DNA of 64,000 nucleotides, from contig CM035351.1 in the NCBI GenBank assembly GCA_020137815.1, forward strand, positions 62,001 through 126,000, in the 5' to 3' direction. Below the pieces are notes generated by a model that was given only the letters and a program-made list of their open reading frames with translations, was not told the DNA's origin and searched no databases. This DNA is from Hormiphora californensis. Its lineage: Eukaryota; Animalia; Ctenophora. Position numbers and translations under genes: made by a program. Positions 11,501-23,646 of the stretch are shown here, one piece after another. Each line of letters begins with the position of its first letter. Position 1 is the stretch's first letter.

Positions 11501-13846
11501 TCCAATGCAGCCTGATTTATTAGAGCATTCCGTATCATCTCATTCTCTAACACTGCTTTCTGCAGTATAGCTGTTTCATCCATTTGTGCAGCTGCAGCAC
11601 TAGCAGCCTTCCTCTTCTTCCTCTCCTTCACCGTCTCTTTCCCAGATGAAGCCCCCTGCACTGCCAATATCTCCTGCTGGATCTTATAGAGTGCTTCCTG
11701 TTGTAGTTGTGCCTGTAACAGAGCATCTTGTTGCAACCACAGCATCTGTTCCTCCTCCTTGCTACTCCCTCCCCCTCCCTGCTTCTGTTGCTGTTGCTGT
11801 TGTTGCTGTTGCTGTTGCTGTTGCTGTTGTTGCTGTTGGACGAGCGATGCCAGTTCTGCCTGTTGTTTCAATATCTCTGCCTCAGCAGCTGAGTGTTGTT
11901 GTTGCTGTTTCGATGGCTGTGCTGCCGCTGCTGCAGTCCCTGCCTGTTCTATCAGGGCCTTCTCCAACACTAGCCGCTCTGCCTCCGTTAGCTCCTCATT
12001 AGAGAGTAGTTTCTGTGCCAGGAAGGCTACATGATGTTCTGAAGAGGAAGATGAGGTGCCGGGCTGTTGGTGGTGGAAGTGGTGGTCTGCAGTGGGGGCC
12101 GGTACTGGTATGGGGTCTGGGGGTCCTGGGGTTGTGGCTGTCGCACCAACTACTGGGGGTGTGGTGGGTGTTTCAACTTGCTGCTGCACATCAGAACCAC
12201 TAGCAGAGCCCTCCTGGGGAGATAGAGGTGTGAGATGATACAGGGTACATCTCAGGGATATAACTAGTTTAATAATTAATAGGTTTAACCACGTGGAACA
12301 AGGGCAGTATAACTCACGTGTGATACATGTGATGAACTCTCATCTGGCTCACTCTCCATATCATCCTCATCCTGAGAGAGAAGGAGGGGAGAGGGGGTTA
12401 GTAGCTCGGGAGAGGGGTTAGGAAGAGAGGGTTAGGAGAGGTTTGTGAGACAATTTGTTGCTGATTAGACTCCCAGTACCTGTTTCGTAGTATGTAATGT
12501 AATGTGTGATGACGTGTTTCCAGTCATTCTAGTGGCAAGGAGAGCCACAATGGCATCATGGATGAGTTGGTGTTGTGAACTTGGGGTGATCCTCTCAGGT
12601 ACCCCTGGTTCCATGATATTCCTGGTGCCTTTTCGAGGATGTTGTTGTTTGTTGGATGGTTTGTTGGATGGTTTGTTCTTTAGTGGTATTTTTAGTGCCA
12701 GTTTGGGTGAGGATTTCATGGTGTTTGGTGTAGTTAGTTGAATGCTCTGTGTACTGTACTTCTCTACTATTGTGGGTCGCACTGTGGGTCGTACTGTGGG
12801 TCGTACTGTGCTTTTACCCTTTACCTATAATATGATGTGAGGTTTAATTCCTGACTCCTGTGAGATTGTTCATTAGTTATGAAACACATGCATCCTGGCC
12901 TCTAGCCAATATGCCCTCACTCCCGAGATTCCATTACCTGAGTACCATGGGGGGAACCACCCCCGTCACTTCCTGTTGTACTACACACTGTACTACTACA
13001 CAGTCCCCTAGTAATACTAGTCCCCTAGTCCACCCTTATTGTCATTACCTGAGTGCCGTGAGGGGAACCACCCCCGTCACTTCCTGTTGTACTACACACT
13101 GTACTACTACACAGTCCCCCCTCATTACCTGAGTCCCATGAGGGGATCCACCCCCGTCACTTCCTGTTGTACTACACACTGTACTACTACACAGTCCCCC
13201 CTTATTACCTGTGTCCCATGGGGGGAACCACCCCCGTCACTTCCTGTTGTCTTGTGACCATGCATCTGCAACCACTTGTTTTTATACCAATCTAACTTCT
13301 TTCCCTCGTATTTCACTGTAGTCCACCCACAGGCATTCTTCTGGTCTGGGTTCACCAGTCTCTTGCAGTGAGATGCCCAGGCCGAGGGGGTCGGAAAGAT
13401 CAGGTTCATATCCTTCCATTGTACCTGCCCATCCTCCAGCAGGTCCCCCTCGAATATGTTACTGAAATACTCCATCTTCAACACACCGCTACCTGGGAAT
13501 GGGGAGGGATGGTTACAACTCCATCTTCAACACACCGCTACCTGGGAATGGGGAGGGATGGTTACAACTCCATCTTCAACACACCGCTACCTGGGGGACA
13601 CAAGGTTACCATGATGGTGATTGGGAAGATCATGGATGATGAAACATAGTCATATGTCTGTCTGTCTGTATGCCACGTTACCTGGCTTGAGAAGCTTGTC
13701 CTTTATCAGATAGGAAAGATGAAGGCTCCGACCCCAGCCAAGCTTCTTCTCACTTCGTCTCCTACTCTTCCCCTTGTTAGAAGAAGGGGGCGGTGGGTTC
13801 TGGCCCCTTTGAGCCTGTTTTTCCAGGGTTTTCCGTAGAAGATCAT
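4618..13846 (-). CDS. MPND: MPN domain-containing protein (RAMA domain, Gln-rich linker, JAMM/MPN+ domain); ~10 exons, approx. 13846-13682, 13492-13209, 12824-12480, 12371-12317, 12213-11374, 11172-10991, 10837-10698, 5409-5232, 5047-4983, 4843-4618
   Basis: RAMA-like: LSYLIKDKLLKPG|SGVLKMEY..FPTPSAWASHCKRLVNPDQKNACGWTTVKYEGKKLDWYK. MPN: LLLMDYHCHLSTEEVCG|YLGGTW and VIGWYHSHPTSSPRPSQHD (JAMM HxH..S..D). The start at 13846 needs one extra G (ATGGAT), which is an inference. Confidence 0.9.
5663..7540 (+). CDS. LINE ORF1 with PHD finger, CCCH-type zinc fingers and an internal 20-aa Ser/Thr repeat
   Basis: CPVC..CLCC..HTDC..CTKC (PHD); CRYFESNRCKYG..CPNYHP, CRRF..C..CKYYH, CSKS..C..CRLTH; 60-bp repeats at ~6715-7235. 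Confidence 0.85.
   Translation: MNDLQKDLLCRVKFSVNSSEHSSSVKAVLDLILSNEGALPTNSNKPRKEDLSATLDAINDFVGEFMTGRSEIWHSNADTKGTMALLISSFFALNPAPSCPVCKTPPPQTLSLGTDCLRCLCCGLPAHTDCYKGVNPKKGIYYICTKCNCDPRRNIVTHKMAVTSNRAAQTVAPAYTTDLKEPPHAGTIITDKLQTQVQSSSSTEDTHSQYSVTTDDKEQTIKDTSHPPNPANSYRRNRTFDRSLIICRYFESNRCKYGITGGSCPNYHPPYCRRFRNYGPCEKLGCTNSDEECKYYHASLCSKSLMGRRCTNKACRLTHIRMSPTTATRVALLPTPPSPNHPNVPIPSSLPTTASSNSSNTTCVNTSSSVPPSTTASPNCSNTTCVNKSSSVPQSTTASSNSSNTTCVNTSSSVPPSTTASPNCSNTTCVNKSSSVPQSTTASSNSSNTTCVNTSSSVPQSTTASPSCSNMDCVAAASSVPQSTTASPSSSNMDCVAAASSVLSPTTASSNGGNMDCVTAASSVPLSHTYVAANGNMGPEKVPIQLPTTAPGPNNIPLDFLRLLENLTTTARLIMGSQFQFNTIPNYQVPDLYTQQPLPMNMYYQHPVHPHHAMGHQYPLGKANM
7585..10614 (+). CDS. LINE ORF2, APE endonuclease plus reverse transcriptase (CR1 type)
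   Basis: ITESWL, GVYRPP, TGDFNLP, LDLVLTN, SDH (APE); NYRPVSLTS, LDYSKAFDKV, GVPQGTVLGPLLF, MFADDTK (RT); LEYCCPGWSP and YWERLKAL (CR1 C-terminus). Confidence 0.96.
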   Translation: MFLLNAHGINPGFSSHKVKLQQIREWVATSHFKIPFFVITESWLNETVFDAEISFEGFTTYRADRVERNQGGVVIYINSDIPVTDVKIFSSTYCEAASVYMETANTVLSGVYRPPASYSDPTRRCPVDHFQSCLQGIESFIKKHEPANVILTGDFNLPMVNWDNLEIKSGLNTLATERQSAELLLSLSERLFLHQVVHSPTRMDKNILDLVLTNNDHLIHDVDVVRTEWSDHDLVKVTLKTQEISGILVESEEPKLYEPQSEFDNFNFNKVTQETWEELNIALHKIDWTDVTSAKDQNEAWEKFRSSIAKVCAQFVPQHSGSRKRRVQKIPKHRRKLLVKKRALVRKLKGAKKKEKECLIQCKRIEELYTALSRIELNMASNIHEDRLREERKILRKIKVNPKAFYTYAKKNKASKSGIGPLKDQNGELHADPAIMANLLQDQYQKVFSEPIEGPVNEQGPPGSPVMSGVTITTDTVVEAIKELSPHTAPGPDKFPAIMLKKCNRALAPVMAELWQASIQTGDIASIFKQQSIVPIYKKDNKSSPANYRPVSLTSQLVKVLERVIRKQMVNFVEENNLLSPDQHGFRSNRSCLSHLIQHIEDVIDDLENGKNADVLYLDYSKAFDKVCHLTLLEKLSGYGIRGDLLDWIRSFLMGRTHSVIVDGVPSNPGPVRSGVPQGTVLGPLLFVLYINNLPDYVLHSKSKMFADDTKLHKSVSSEDDRKLLMDDLQNVFSWALENSMELNDTKFQLLQHGKNLELKQPYQLTSNIVVSGRAEVRDLGVIVDPDLTWKPHITHIIKKANTMASWTLRLFKTRDPQHLLTLYKTYVRSHLEYCCPGWSPHQKGDIQKLEAVQRSYTAKMEGMDGLNYWERLKALKIYSLQRRRERYKILYMWKMLNGLVPKSPSIDFRKTISRSGVIAERRLGKSTCPKGVKTLIHNSFTSSAVGLFNAVPARVKDQLTIEGAKAELDRFLASIPDTPPTRNYSPSNDNSILKWLEARRGQQSVSLT

Positions 13847-13957
13847 TGCTATAATACAGTGGAGGTAGTGGTGAGGTAGTGGAGAGGGAAGAAGTATTTA
13901 ACAACATAGATCCAGGCAGAAGACAATTAAAAAACTTTAAAAAACACTGGTAAAATG

Positions 13958-16046
<2,089 letters not shown>

Positions 16047-16203
16047 AATGCCCTAATATGGGGGTAATTAGTAGTAAGATGTTAGTAGTCAGATGTTAGT
16101 TCAATAAAACTGGGAATTCAGAAATGAATGAGAGATGGTAAAACACAAAGTTAGGATAGGATAGCACACTGGTTAAAACACGCTGATATTCTAAAAGATT
16201 ACT

Positions 16204-17121
16204 TCACTGAGTGAAAACATTAGCTAAAATACTACCAGGAATTGTCTTGTCTGTCTTACTAACTGCTAACTGTCTTTGTTTAGTGGTGGCTGGCTCACCC
16301 CCACTACTCTCTACAACACTCAACCCCTTCTCCTCTCTCTTCCTCTTTATCGCTGTTATCTGCTTCTTCTTATCTACTTGATCCAAATAGAAATTAGTTT
16401 CCTTTTTAACCTGGGTCAGCTCCTGCTGCAGCTTCTTTTTCCTGAACTGCTGAATCATAGGCCAACTTCTCTGTCAGGTTAGCCCACTTGAATCGTGGAA
16501 GGTATTTCATGGACCAGATATCATCATGATAATAGCTGCCCTTCTTTCCGCCAATTATATTGCCATTAAGTAGATGCTACCACTGCTTTAGCAATCCTCT
16601 TTCCTTTTGAACTCTATCCAATCCTTCTGTGAACTTTTTCTTTCCTGAGTAAAGGAGAGAGAAGGTTAGGAGAATAACATACCCAAACTAATTGCAATAT
16701 CACAACAATAATAATAAGAAACCTAGCCCTCAACCCAAAAAAACCCGCACCCCATTCCACTAACCCCACCCACCCCTCCAATAACCCCCACCCTCCCCCT
16801 CCATTATCTCTCACCTGAACCTCCGGTCATTTTTCTTCCGTTTTCCTGATATCAGTGTCCTCTGGCTGTAGAAAGATCCTTCCCAACTCTCCATACTTGA
16901 GACATGATATTCCGCATCTTGTTGGGCTTCATGTAGGGTGGGACCCTACTTAGGTAGATTACCCCAGGTTTGGGTCCACCCTTTTTAACAGGACCCTCTG
17001 AAGTAGTGGTGGTGGTAGGAGCATCTTCTGGAGTAGAGGTGGCAGCATCTTCTGGAGGGGTGGTTGAGTCCTGTTCTGTTATGGTGGTGCTTGTTGTAGG
17101 TTCATCATCAGCACTGGACAT
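16204..17121 (-). CDS. ABT1: Activator of basal transcription 1 / Esf2 (RRM, pre-rRNA processing); two exons (~17121-16815, ~16624-16204) with frameshifts
   Basis: PGVIYLSRVPPYMKPNKMRNIM, then (across frames) GELGRIFLQPE, GWIEF, IIGGKKGSYYHDDIWSMKYLPRFKW and KKETNFYL. Confidence 0.88.
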
Positions 17122-17267
17122 TCTGGGAGAGGGTCAAGGGTGATAGTAAGGTGTTGATGTGAGGGGAGAGGGGACTGTGTCTGGGGGAAGGAAAACACGG
17201 TGATCTCATTAAAATAAACTCAACAACAAACTAAAAAAAACAAGTTGATAACTATAAAACAACACTT

Positions 17268-18158
17268 TCATCGGCGACGTTTATAATTTGACTTTACAAA
17301 TTCTGGGTTAAATTGGCTATTGTATTTCTGCTTCATGAACGGCTTTTTACTAAAGTCTAATTTGTCTTTAGACTTCTCAATGCCTAGCAGTTGATTAGTC
17401 CTAGATCGCTCTGCCTCTTCCCTTTTCAATCTCTCCTCTCTCAACTTAGCAACTGATTTTTTGGAAGACGAGGGTCCCTCTTCTGAGCTAGAGTGTCTTC
17501 GTTTTTTCTTCTTGTGCTTCTTCTTTTCCTTCTTTTTTAACTTTTCCTTTAACTTTTCAGGTTTCTTGTCCTTTGAAACTACCTTGCCATACTTCTGTCT
17601 CTCCTCTTTAAACTGCAACACCTTGTCGTGGAAATCTGCCTCGTAATACACAGTCTCAGGTGCTGTAGGTAACGGGACACTGTAGTCAACCTTGCGTCGT
17701 TTCATGTCTGAGATGGGGTCCAATAGATCTATACTGTTAGAAATGTAGCCTCGTTTTCTCTTTGTTGTTGATGGTGGTTGCTCCCCCGGTGCTCTCTGGT
17801 ACCATGGTTTCTCTTCTGCAGTCTCAGCAGATCCAAACCCTAGAGGTTTTAACGCTCCCATTTTAATTTCCCACTCTTTCTGAGCATTCTTGTCATCTGC
17901 TGCCTTTTCCTCATTACCAGTCTTGTTAGCAGTCGTTGAAAACAAGTTGATATGTTCAGCTGGTTGTGTGTAGACTGTGTTTTCATATCTGGCTGCTGAT
18001 TGAGTTCGAAGAAGGGACAACCTCGCCTCACTCTCTGCCTTCAAAACTCTTTGTTTTTCAGCCTCATCAGCAACTCGAGCCTCTTCCTCATCCTTCAAAA
18101 CACGGGCTACGTTCTCTTTAGTCCGCACATGCCACTTCTTTTTTGGTAAGATATTCAT
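17268..18158 (-). CDS. LENG1: Leukocyte receptor cluster member 1 homolog (Cir_N domain), single coding exon
   Basis: MNILPKKKWHVRTKENVARVLKDEEEA N-terminus, HINLF, KPWY, KLREERLKREEAER, KYNSQFNPEF C-terminus. Confidence 0.92.
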   Translation of the reverse strand: MNILPKKKWHVRTKENVARVLKDEEEARVADEAEKQRVLKAESEARLSLLRTQSAARYENTVYTQPAEHINLFSTTANKTGNEEKAADDKNAQKEWEIKMGALKPLGFGSAETAEEKPWYQRAPGEQPPSTTKRKRGYISNSIDLLDPISDMKRRKVDYSVPLPTAPETVYYEADFHDKVLQFKEERQKYGKVVSKDKKPEKLKEKLKKKEKKKHKKKKRRHSSSEEGPSSSKKSVAKLREERLKREEAERSRTNQLLGIEKSKDKLDFSKKPFMKQKYNSQFNPEFVKSNYKRRR

Positions 18159-18723
18159 ATTCTGAAAAGGAATTAAGACAATAATAAAAATTAAGTCAAA
18201 TGACCTCCAGGTGCCTTACTACCTTTGCGAAAAATCGACCGCAATCAAAAGTTGAGCGAAATAATCTGGTAAGAGCAAGTCTGGCGGGGGTTTACGTGGC
18301 TTGACCTCAAAGCCCCTGAAATAGGGGACTACTGCAGACAGAGGTGGCGTAACCGAAGGAAGCTGAGAACGCAGCCCCACCACCCCTCGGCCTCCCCCTA
18401 TAAATTCGTACAGAGGAGGTGGCTAGGAACTGAAATTTTGGGCAAAATGAGCTCAAAATACAGAACTTCGAAATTTTCCGGGCTACGCCCTACGCTACAA
18501 ATTGGTCAGCCCCCTTCGAGAAAAATCATTTCGCCACCCCTGACTAGTGACTAAAGAGTATGCCATATATACGCAATAGTTAATACGCGTATGCAGATAG
18601 GTTCGAGATTTCAGTAGCAAAAAAGGAGGAAACAATTGGCAAACGTTGCTGGCCCCCGCGCAGCGCGGGATAAGGCAGCGCTTTTCAAAGGAAACAAAAG
18701 CAAAAAAAGCGAAACTTGGAAGC

Positions 18724-18967
18724 TAAAGTCCGTTTCAAGCGACTTGACCCGTAATTCTTGGAATTTGGTGCATTGCGCGTGTATTTAAAAAGGGGAAATC
18801 CTGAATTTCCAGGAATCTCAGGTCAAGTCGTTTGAAACGCACTTTAAAGTCCGTTTCAAGCGACTTGACCCGTAATTCTTGGAATTTGGCGCATTGCGCG
18901 TGTATTTACAAAGGGGAAATCCTGAATTTCCAGGAATCTCAGGTCAAGTCGTTTGAAACGCACTTTA
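18724..18967. mobile_element. Head-to-tail dimer of a 121-bp TA-flanked MITE
   Basis: Two near-identical units, each AAGTCCGTTTCAAGCGACTTGACC...GGTCAAGTCGTTTGAAACGCACTT, sharing one TA. Confidence 0.85.
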
Positions 18968-19244
18968 AATAAAAATTGAGATTTTAGATGAATATCGCGC
19001 CGCGCACTACTTTTTGAGCCGCGCACTACGTTTTATTAGAAAGCTGTTTTGCGCGCCACTTTTATACAAATAAAAATTTCCGGATTTGCTTGGCTTCAAT
19101 TCTAAAATAAACAAGATAACAATCAAATTTTGATACTATAAAATGTAACTCAAACTCAAACTTATCCGTTGAGACACCATCAGAGCATTTGCATGGCCTG
19201 ACAGTTGAGTCATCGGTCCGTTGCACTTGCATTTGCATTGCAAT

Positions 19245-19468
19245 TAAAGTCGGATTTTTTGAAACTGTCACCCCCCTGAAATAACAAATTTGTCATATCT
19301 CCGGTTCCTGATAAGATAGAGACTTGAAATTTGGAGGTTCGGAAGAACTTAGCAAGATCTTTATAACCTCCAAATTTCAAGTCTCTATCTCATCAGGAAC
19401 CGGACTTATGGTGATTTAAAGAAATTTGAAAACTCAGGGGGGTGACAGTTTCAAAAAATCCGACTTTA
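19245..19468. mobile_element. TA-flanked palindromic MITE
   Basis: TIR TAAAGTCGGATTTTTTGAAACTGTCACCCCCCTGA; internal inverted repeat ccggttcctgat..gacttgaaatttggaggtt. Confidence 0.88.
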
Positions 19469-19496
19469 GACTCATACGGTCACGGGCCATTCTTAA

Positions 19497-19946
19497 AGGT
19501 TGACAAGATACCTAAAACTTTTCGTATATCGTCTTATTTTGATTTATCATTAATTTTCAGCATTTTTTCAGAATTTTTTGTCGGCTAGAAATATGTGCAA
19601 GATAGGGGGTCTACTGACAAATGAGTGTGCCTTTTTTAAAATTGATAACGTAATATCTCCGGTTCCTGATGAGATACAGAAACCGTTTTGGTAGCGTTGG
19701 AAAGGTCTTATTGAGACCAATCCAACGCAACCAAGATCAAGTTTTTATCTTTTGAGGAACCGGAAACGTGAATTTCAATTTGCGAGACGCAGTGAGTGTG
19801 CCCAGTAAAACCAGTGCTGACAATATCGGTAGACCCCCTATTTCGAATTTTTTTCTAGCCGACAAAAAATTCTGAAAAAATGCTGAAAATTAATGATAAA
19901 TCAAAATAAGACGATATACGAAAAGTTTTAGGTATCTTGTCAACCT
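19497..19946. mobile_element. TTAA-flanked MITE with ~95-bp TIRs starting AGG (Kolobok-like)
   Basis: TTAA at 19493-19496 and 19947-19950; AGGTTGACAAGATACCTAAAAC...GTCGGCTAGAAA inverted at the other end. Confidence 0.88.
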
Positions 19947-20192
19947 TTAAAATAAATTTTACAGTCTGACCAAGATCTGTACATTGTGCAATGTTCATGC
20001 TGTAGCCAAGTCCAACCTAAATGAACAACCTATTGATTTTGAAAATAATAATTTATTGTCTTCATCTCTCTACTCAGAGTCAGTGATCTACATCTGATTT
20101 GCTTTGGTGAGCAGTCCGATTCTTAAAATAGTCCGAGTCCTACTAATCAGTAGGGGGGGGGTGCATTAGTAGTCCTACTAGAACACCTCCTA

Positions 20193-23040
20193 TCAATGAA
20201 CAGTAGTACCGACAGTTTTGAATCCTTCACCGTGCCTACTCTTGAAGCTCCTCTTGTAGAGACTGTAGCCCAGGAGACAGGGAACAAAAGCAGCATTGGC
20301 AAAGGTAGCGAACACGTAGTGACTGGAAACGTTGTATGCGAAATTACTCTCAGAGTAATAGAAGTAAATGTTGAATTTCCATCTTTCACGGGGACTCTCT
20401 GAATCATCGCTCCTAGGGGGAACAAGATCAGGGAATTAGTGGGGGGTTGACTGTATCCACTCTCCTGTAGTGGGAGACACTAGCGTGGTACGCGCAAAAA
20501 AATGCGTGCCACACCAATTTCGTTTTTCAAAAAACACGCAAGAAAAAGTTTTTCAACATCGACTTTTCACGTTTTGGCTCATAACTCCTTTTCCTGATAA
20601 GATAAAGACTTCGATGGGGCTTGAAATTCCCTTTCCAACGGTATGCAAACGATTTCTGTAGCTCATCAGGAACCGGAGATGATCAATTATGATAATACCG
20701 AAGGAAACTTACGCGGTTATTATCATAAGTGATCATATCTCCGGTTCCTGATGAGCTACCCCCAGAGGTGTTTTACTAACCAGTCAGGTATAAGGTTGAG
20801 TAGTGCGAACACAGCAGAGATCCACACCAACAACCAGAAGGAGTAGGTGATGATAAAGAATATCGTCAGGACCAGCATTGTGAAACTTGCCTTGTTCTCT
20901 GCCCTAGTTATCCTACCCCAACAACCTATATATAGGGACATGGGGTGTTACCCATGAAGGGGACATGGTCGGCGCCGACCCGATCAAAATGGGGTCTGGC
21001 GGTGCCAGCTCCAGACAGTTTGGGGGATATCTTACCACGTATTTTAGAAGACAGTGTAGAGGACATTCTCTTGATATGTCTCTCAAACAATGATCCTCTT
21101 CTATGTCTCTCACTCAGCTGGGATATTGATACCATCCTCTTCATCTTAGACAACTGAAACACGTGGCTGGGTTTTAATTGGTTACTTAGACAACTGAAAC
21201 ACGTGGCTGGGTTTCAAGTGTTGAAGAAACACGTGGGTTTTAGGGGGTTCAATGGTTGAAGAAACAAACAACAACACTTAACTAGATTGCCTAATTACCA
21301 TCAGTACGACTCAGTGCTCACATAACAATATCACAGCATTACCTCACAGAGGACCACAACAGAAAGGATGATGTTGAGTATGATGGGCACCACCAGATAC
21401 ACTATAACCCCGAAGAAATAAAACACCAGACTCTCAATAGGGTCCAGTATGTTGGTCATCGTGAAACTACACAGGTAGGATGTGGGGTAGAGTTTTAGAT
21501 AGGGCCGGTAGCAATTCTTATCTCCAAACTGAGGGGGGATAGACTCTATTTAATATAGTAGTAGTAGTTTGTAGTAGGGGAATAGAGTACTGTCAGCACG
21601 ATACCAGTCTCAGAACTGTCAGAAGAGTTGTTACTCAATAACAGAAGAGTGGAACTGACTACAGCTAAGAAGAGTTGTTACTCAACAATCGAATAGTGGG
21701 AAGGGTCACACTGACTACTCTCGTCTCCTGAGAAGTACTGACAATGTCTACCTACCACAAATGGTAGAAGTGTCAGCAGGGTAATGATTGAAGTGTGTGT
21801 TAGTATCCAAATCCAATAATGACGTTTCTTTACTCGGTGGATCCGGTAGGGTTTGCAGATGAAAATATACCTGGGAGGAACATTGGTCTGGATGCCGTTA
21901 GAGATGGGGTAGACACGATCATATGCTATAGGGAAAACAGACAAGAAGGAATCTCTACATGGGTGTATTTCCTTGCTTCCTAACCCGGAGAGAGGGGGAG
22001 AGAGAGGGTCGAAAATCAACTGAAGACAAGCTGTATATCCTTGAGAGAGGGAGCACATACCTATCAACCTATCCTAACTGTATTATATCCTGGCACAAAC
22101 CTATCGACAGTTAGAAGTAGCATGAGCCAAACAATGAGACGAGAAGTGATGTTGAATACAGCACCAGTAAAGTTACACATCACCAACTCAAACAGATGCA
22201 AACTGAAAAAGGGAGGGCGGCTAGTATAGAGACTCAGATATGATACCCCCCAAGATCTACCATCTCCTTAAAACAAGAAACACTTGTTGAGTAAGGGGTG
22301 AGACAACAAAGAAACACAGCAGTTGGGGATTGGGGTACTATTTTCCCCCTTATATTTTCTATTTGGTATTTTGGTACCTACTTGCAGGTGGTGTTTCTAG
22401 TTGAAATTGAAGGAGCCTCAGTAGTTGGTATCAACATGGCAGAGGTTGTGACAGTTTCAAAGGGGATCTCAGTTATAAACGGAGTTGTTTCTGTCACAGT
22501 CTCGCCCAGTATAACCTCAGAGCGGTGGGGTTCACTAATCCTCAGTGTGTACAGTTGATGTAACATATAGGGCATACACAGTAGCCCCGTACACAGCCCA
22601 GATATTGTTAGGGAGAGGTAGATTGGAGTCTGAAACATGCAGGGGGTTAGGTAACAATGTCAGGACAATATGGGCAATCAAAATTTCAGAATCGTAAAGA
22701 TTTTGCCGAGACTGTTTGACGAATCACAAATTCAATCGAGAAAAGCCAATCAGAAACTCAGAATCTAGATAACTGGTACAGAGGAACTGCTAGTGTGTTA
22801 CCCCACACAATCATAACAACAATCAACTAGTACCTGGATAGCTCTGGAGGTAGTGATGATGTTGAGGAGTCGATAGGAGACGTATCCATTACCTAGCACT
22901 GCCACTAAACACAGCCAACACCCGAATATGAAGAATGCCCACTCAGTGGAGAGAGAGGACCGAGAGAGCTGTATAAAGTTGATCTGGTGGGTATCCGATA
23001 CAGTATCCGATACAGTATCCGATACAGTATCGTTAGACAT
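20193..23040 (-). CDS. Rhodopsin-like (class A) orphan GPCR, ~8 exons
   Basis: TM1 CLVAVLGNGYV; TM2 YLSLTISGLCTGLLCMPY; TM3 LIVWLMLLLTVDR|YIFICKPY (DRY); TM4 WIWILTHTSIITLLTLLPF; TM5 YLVVPIILNIILSVVVL; TM6 FTMLVLTIFFIITYSFW; TM7 YVFATFANAAFVPCLLGY. Some exon boundaries are approximate. Confidence 0.8.
20479..20758. mobile_element. Truncated palindromic MITE in the last GPCR intron
   Basis: Hairpin tagctcatcaggaaccggagat..atctccggttcctgatgagcta at 20660-20758; shares the ccggttcctgat motif with neighbouring MITEs. Confidence 0.6.
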
Positions 23041-23515
23041 TCTGCAGTAGACCCTGTCTCTCTATCTAGAAGACCTTGTCAGTCTCTCTATCTGGTATTA
23101 ATCTCCCCAGAGGATGGCTACTATATGGATGTGTTAGTTAGTGGCAGGGTTATTAGTACAAGTACTACTACTAGTGCAATTAGTAGTAGTGGCATATCTA
23201 GTACAATTAGAACAAGATCATGGGTATAGCTTCATCACACAGTCATGACTGTGCATTATAAGTACTGCCACGCTGCAGACGTACAAGCCTCGCACAGGGA
23301 GTTACTTTACTATGCTGATTATATCTAACTAAGTAGCAGGAATAATTTATTAGACAGAGGCATTCAACTAAATTTAGTAAATACGTCAAATCAAATGCCA
23401 TGATTAGTTGGACAGATTGAGAGTACAACGAAATTCGGCAAAATCGCGAAAAGATAATTGCTCCAACTAATATTTCATATTCGTGACATGCCAATCAATA
23501 ACAAAACGAGACTTG

Positions 23516-23646
<131 letters not shown>

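Noticed and set aside
18339-18542. hAT MITE with CAGRGGTGGCG termini
   Set aside because: The TIR is short and the putative TSD matches at only 5 of 8 positions.
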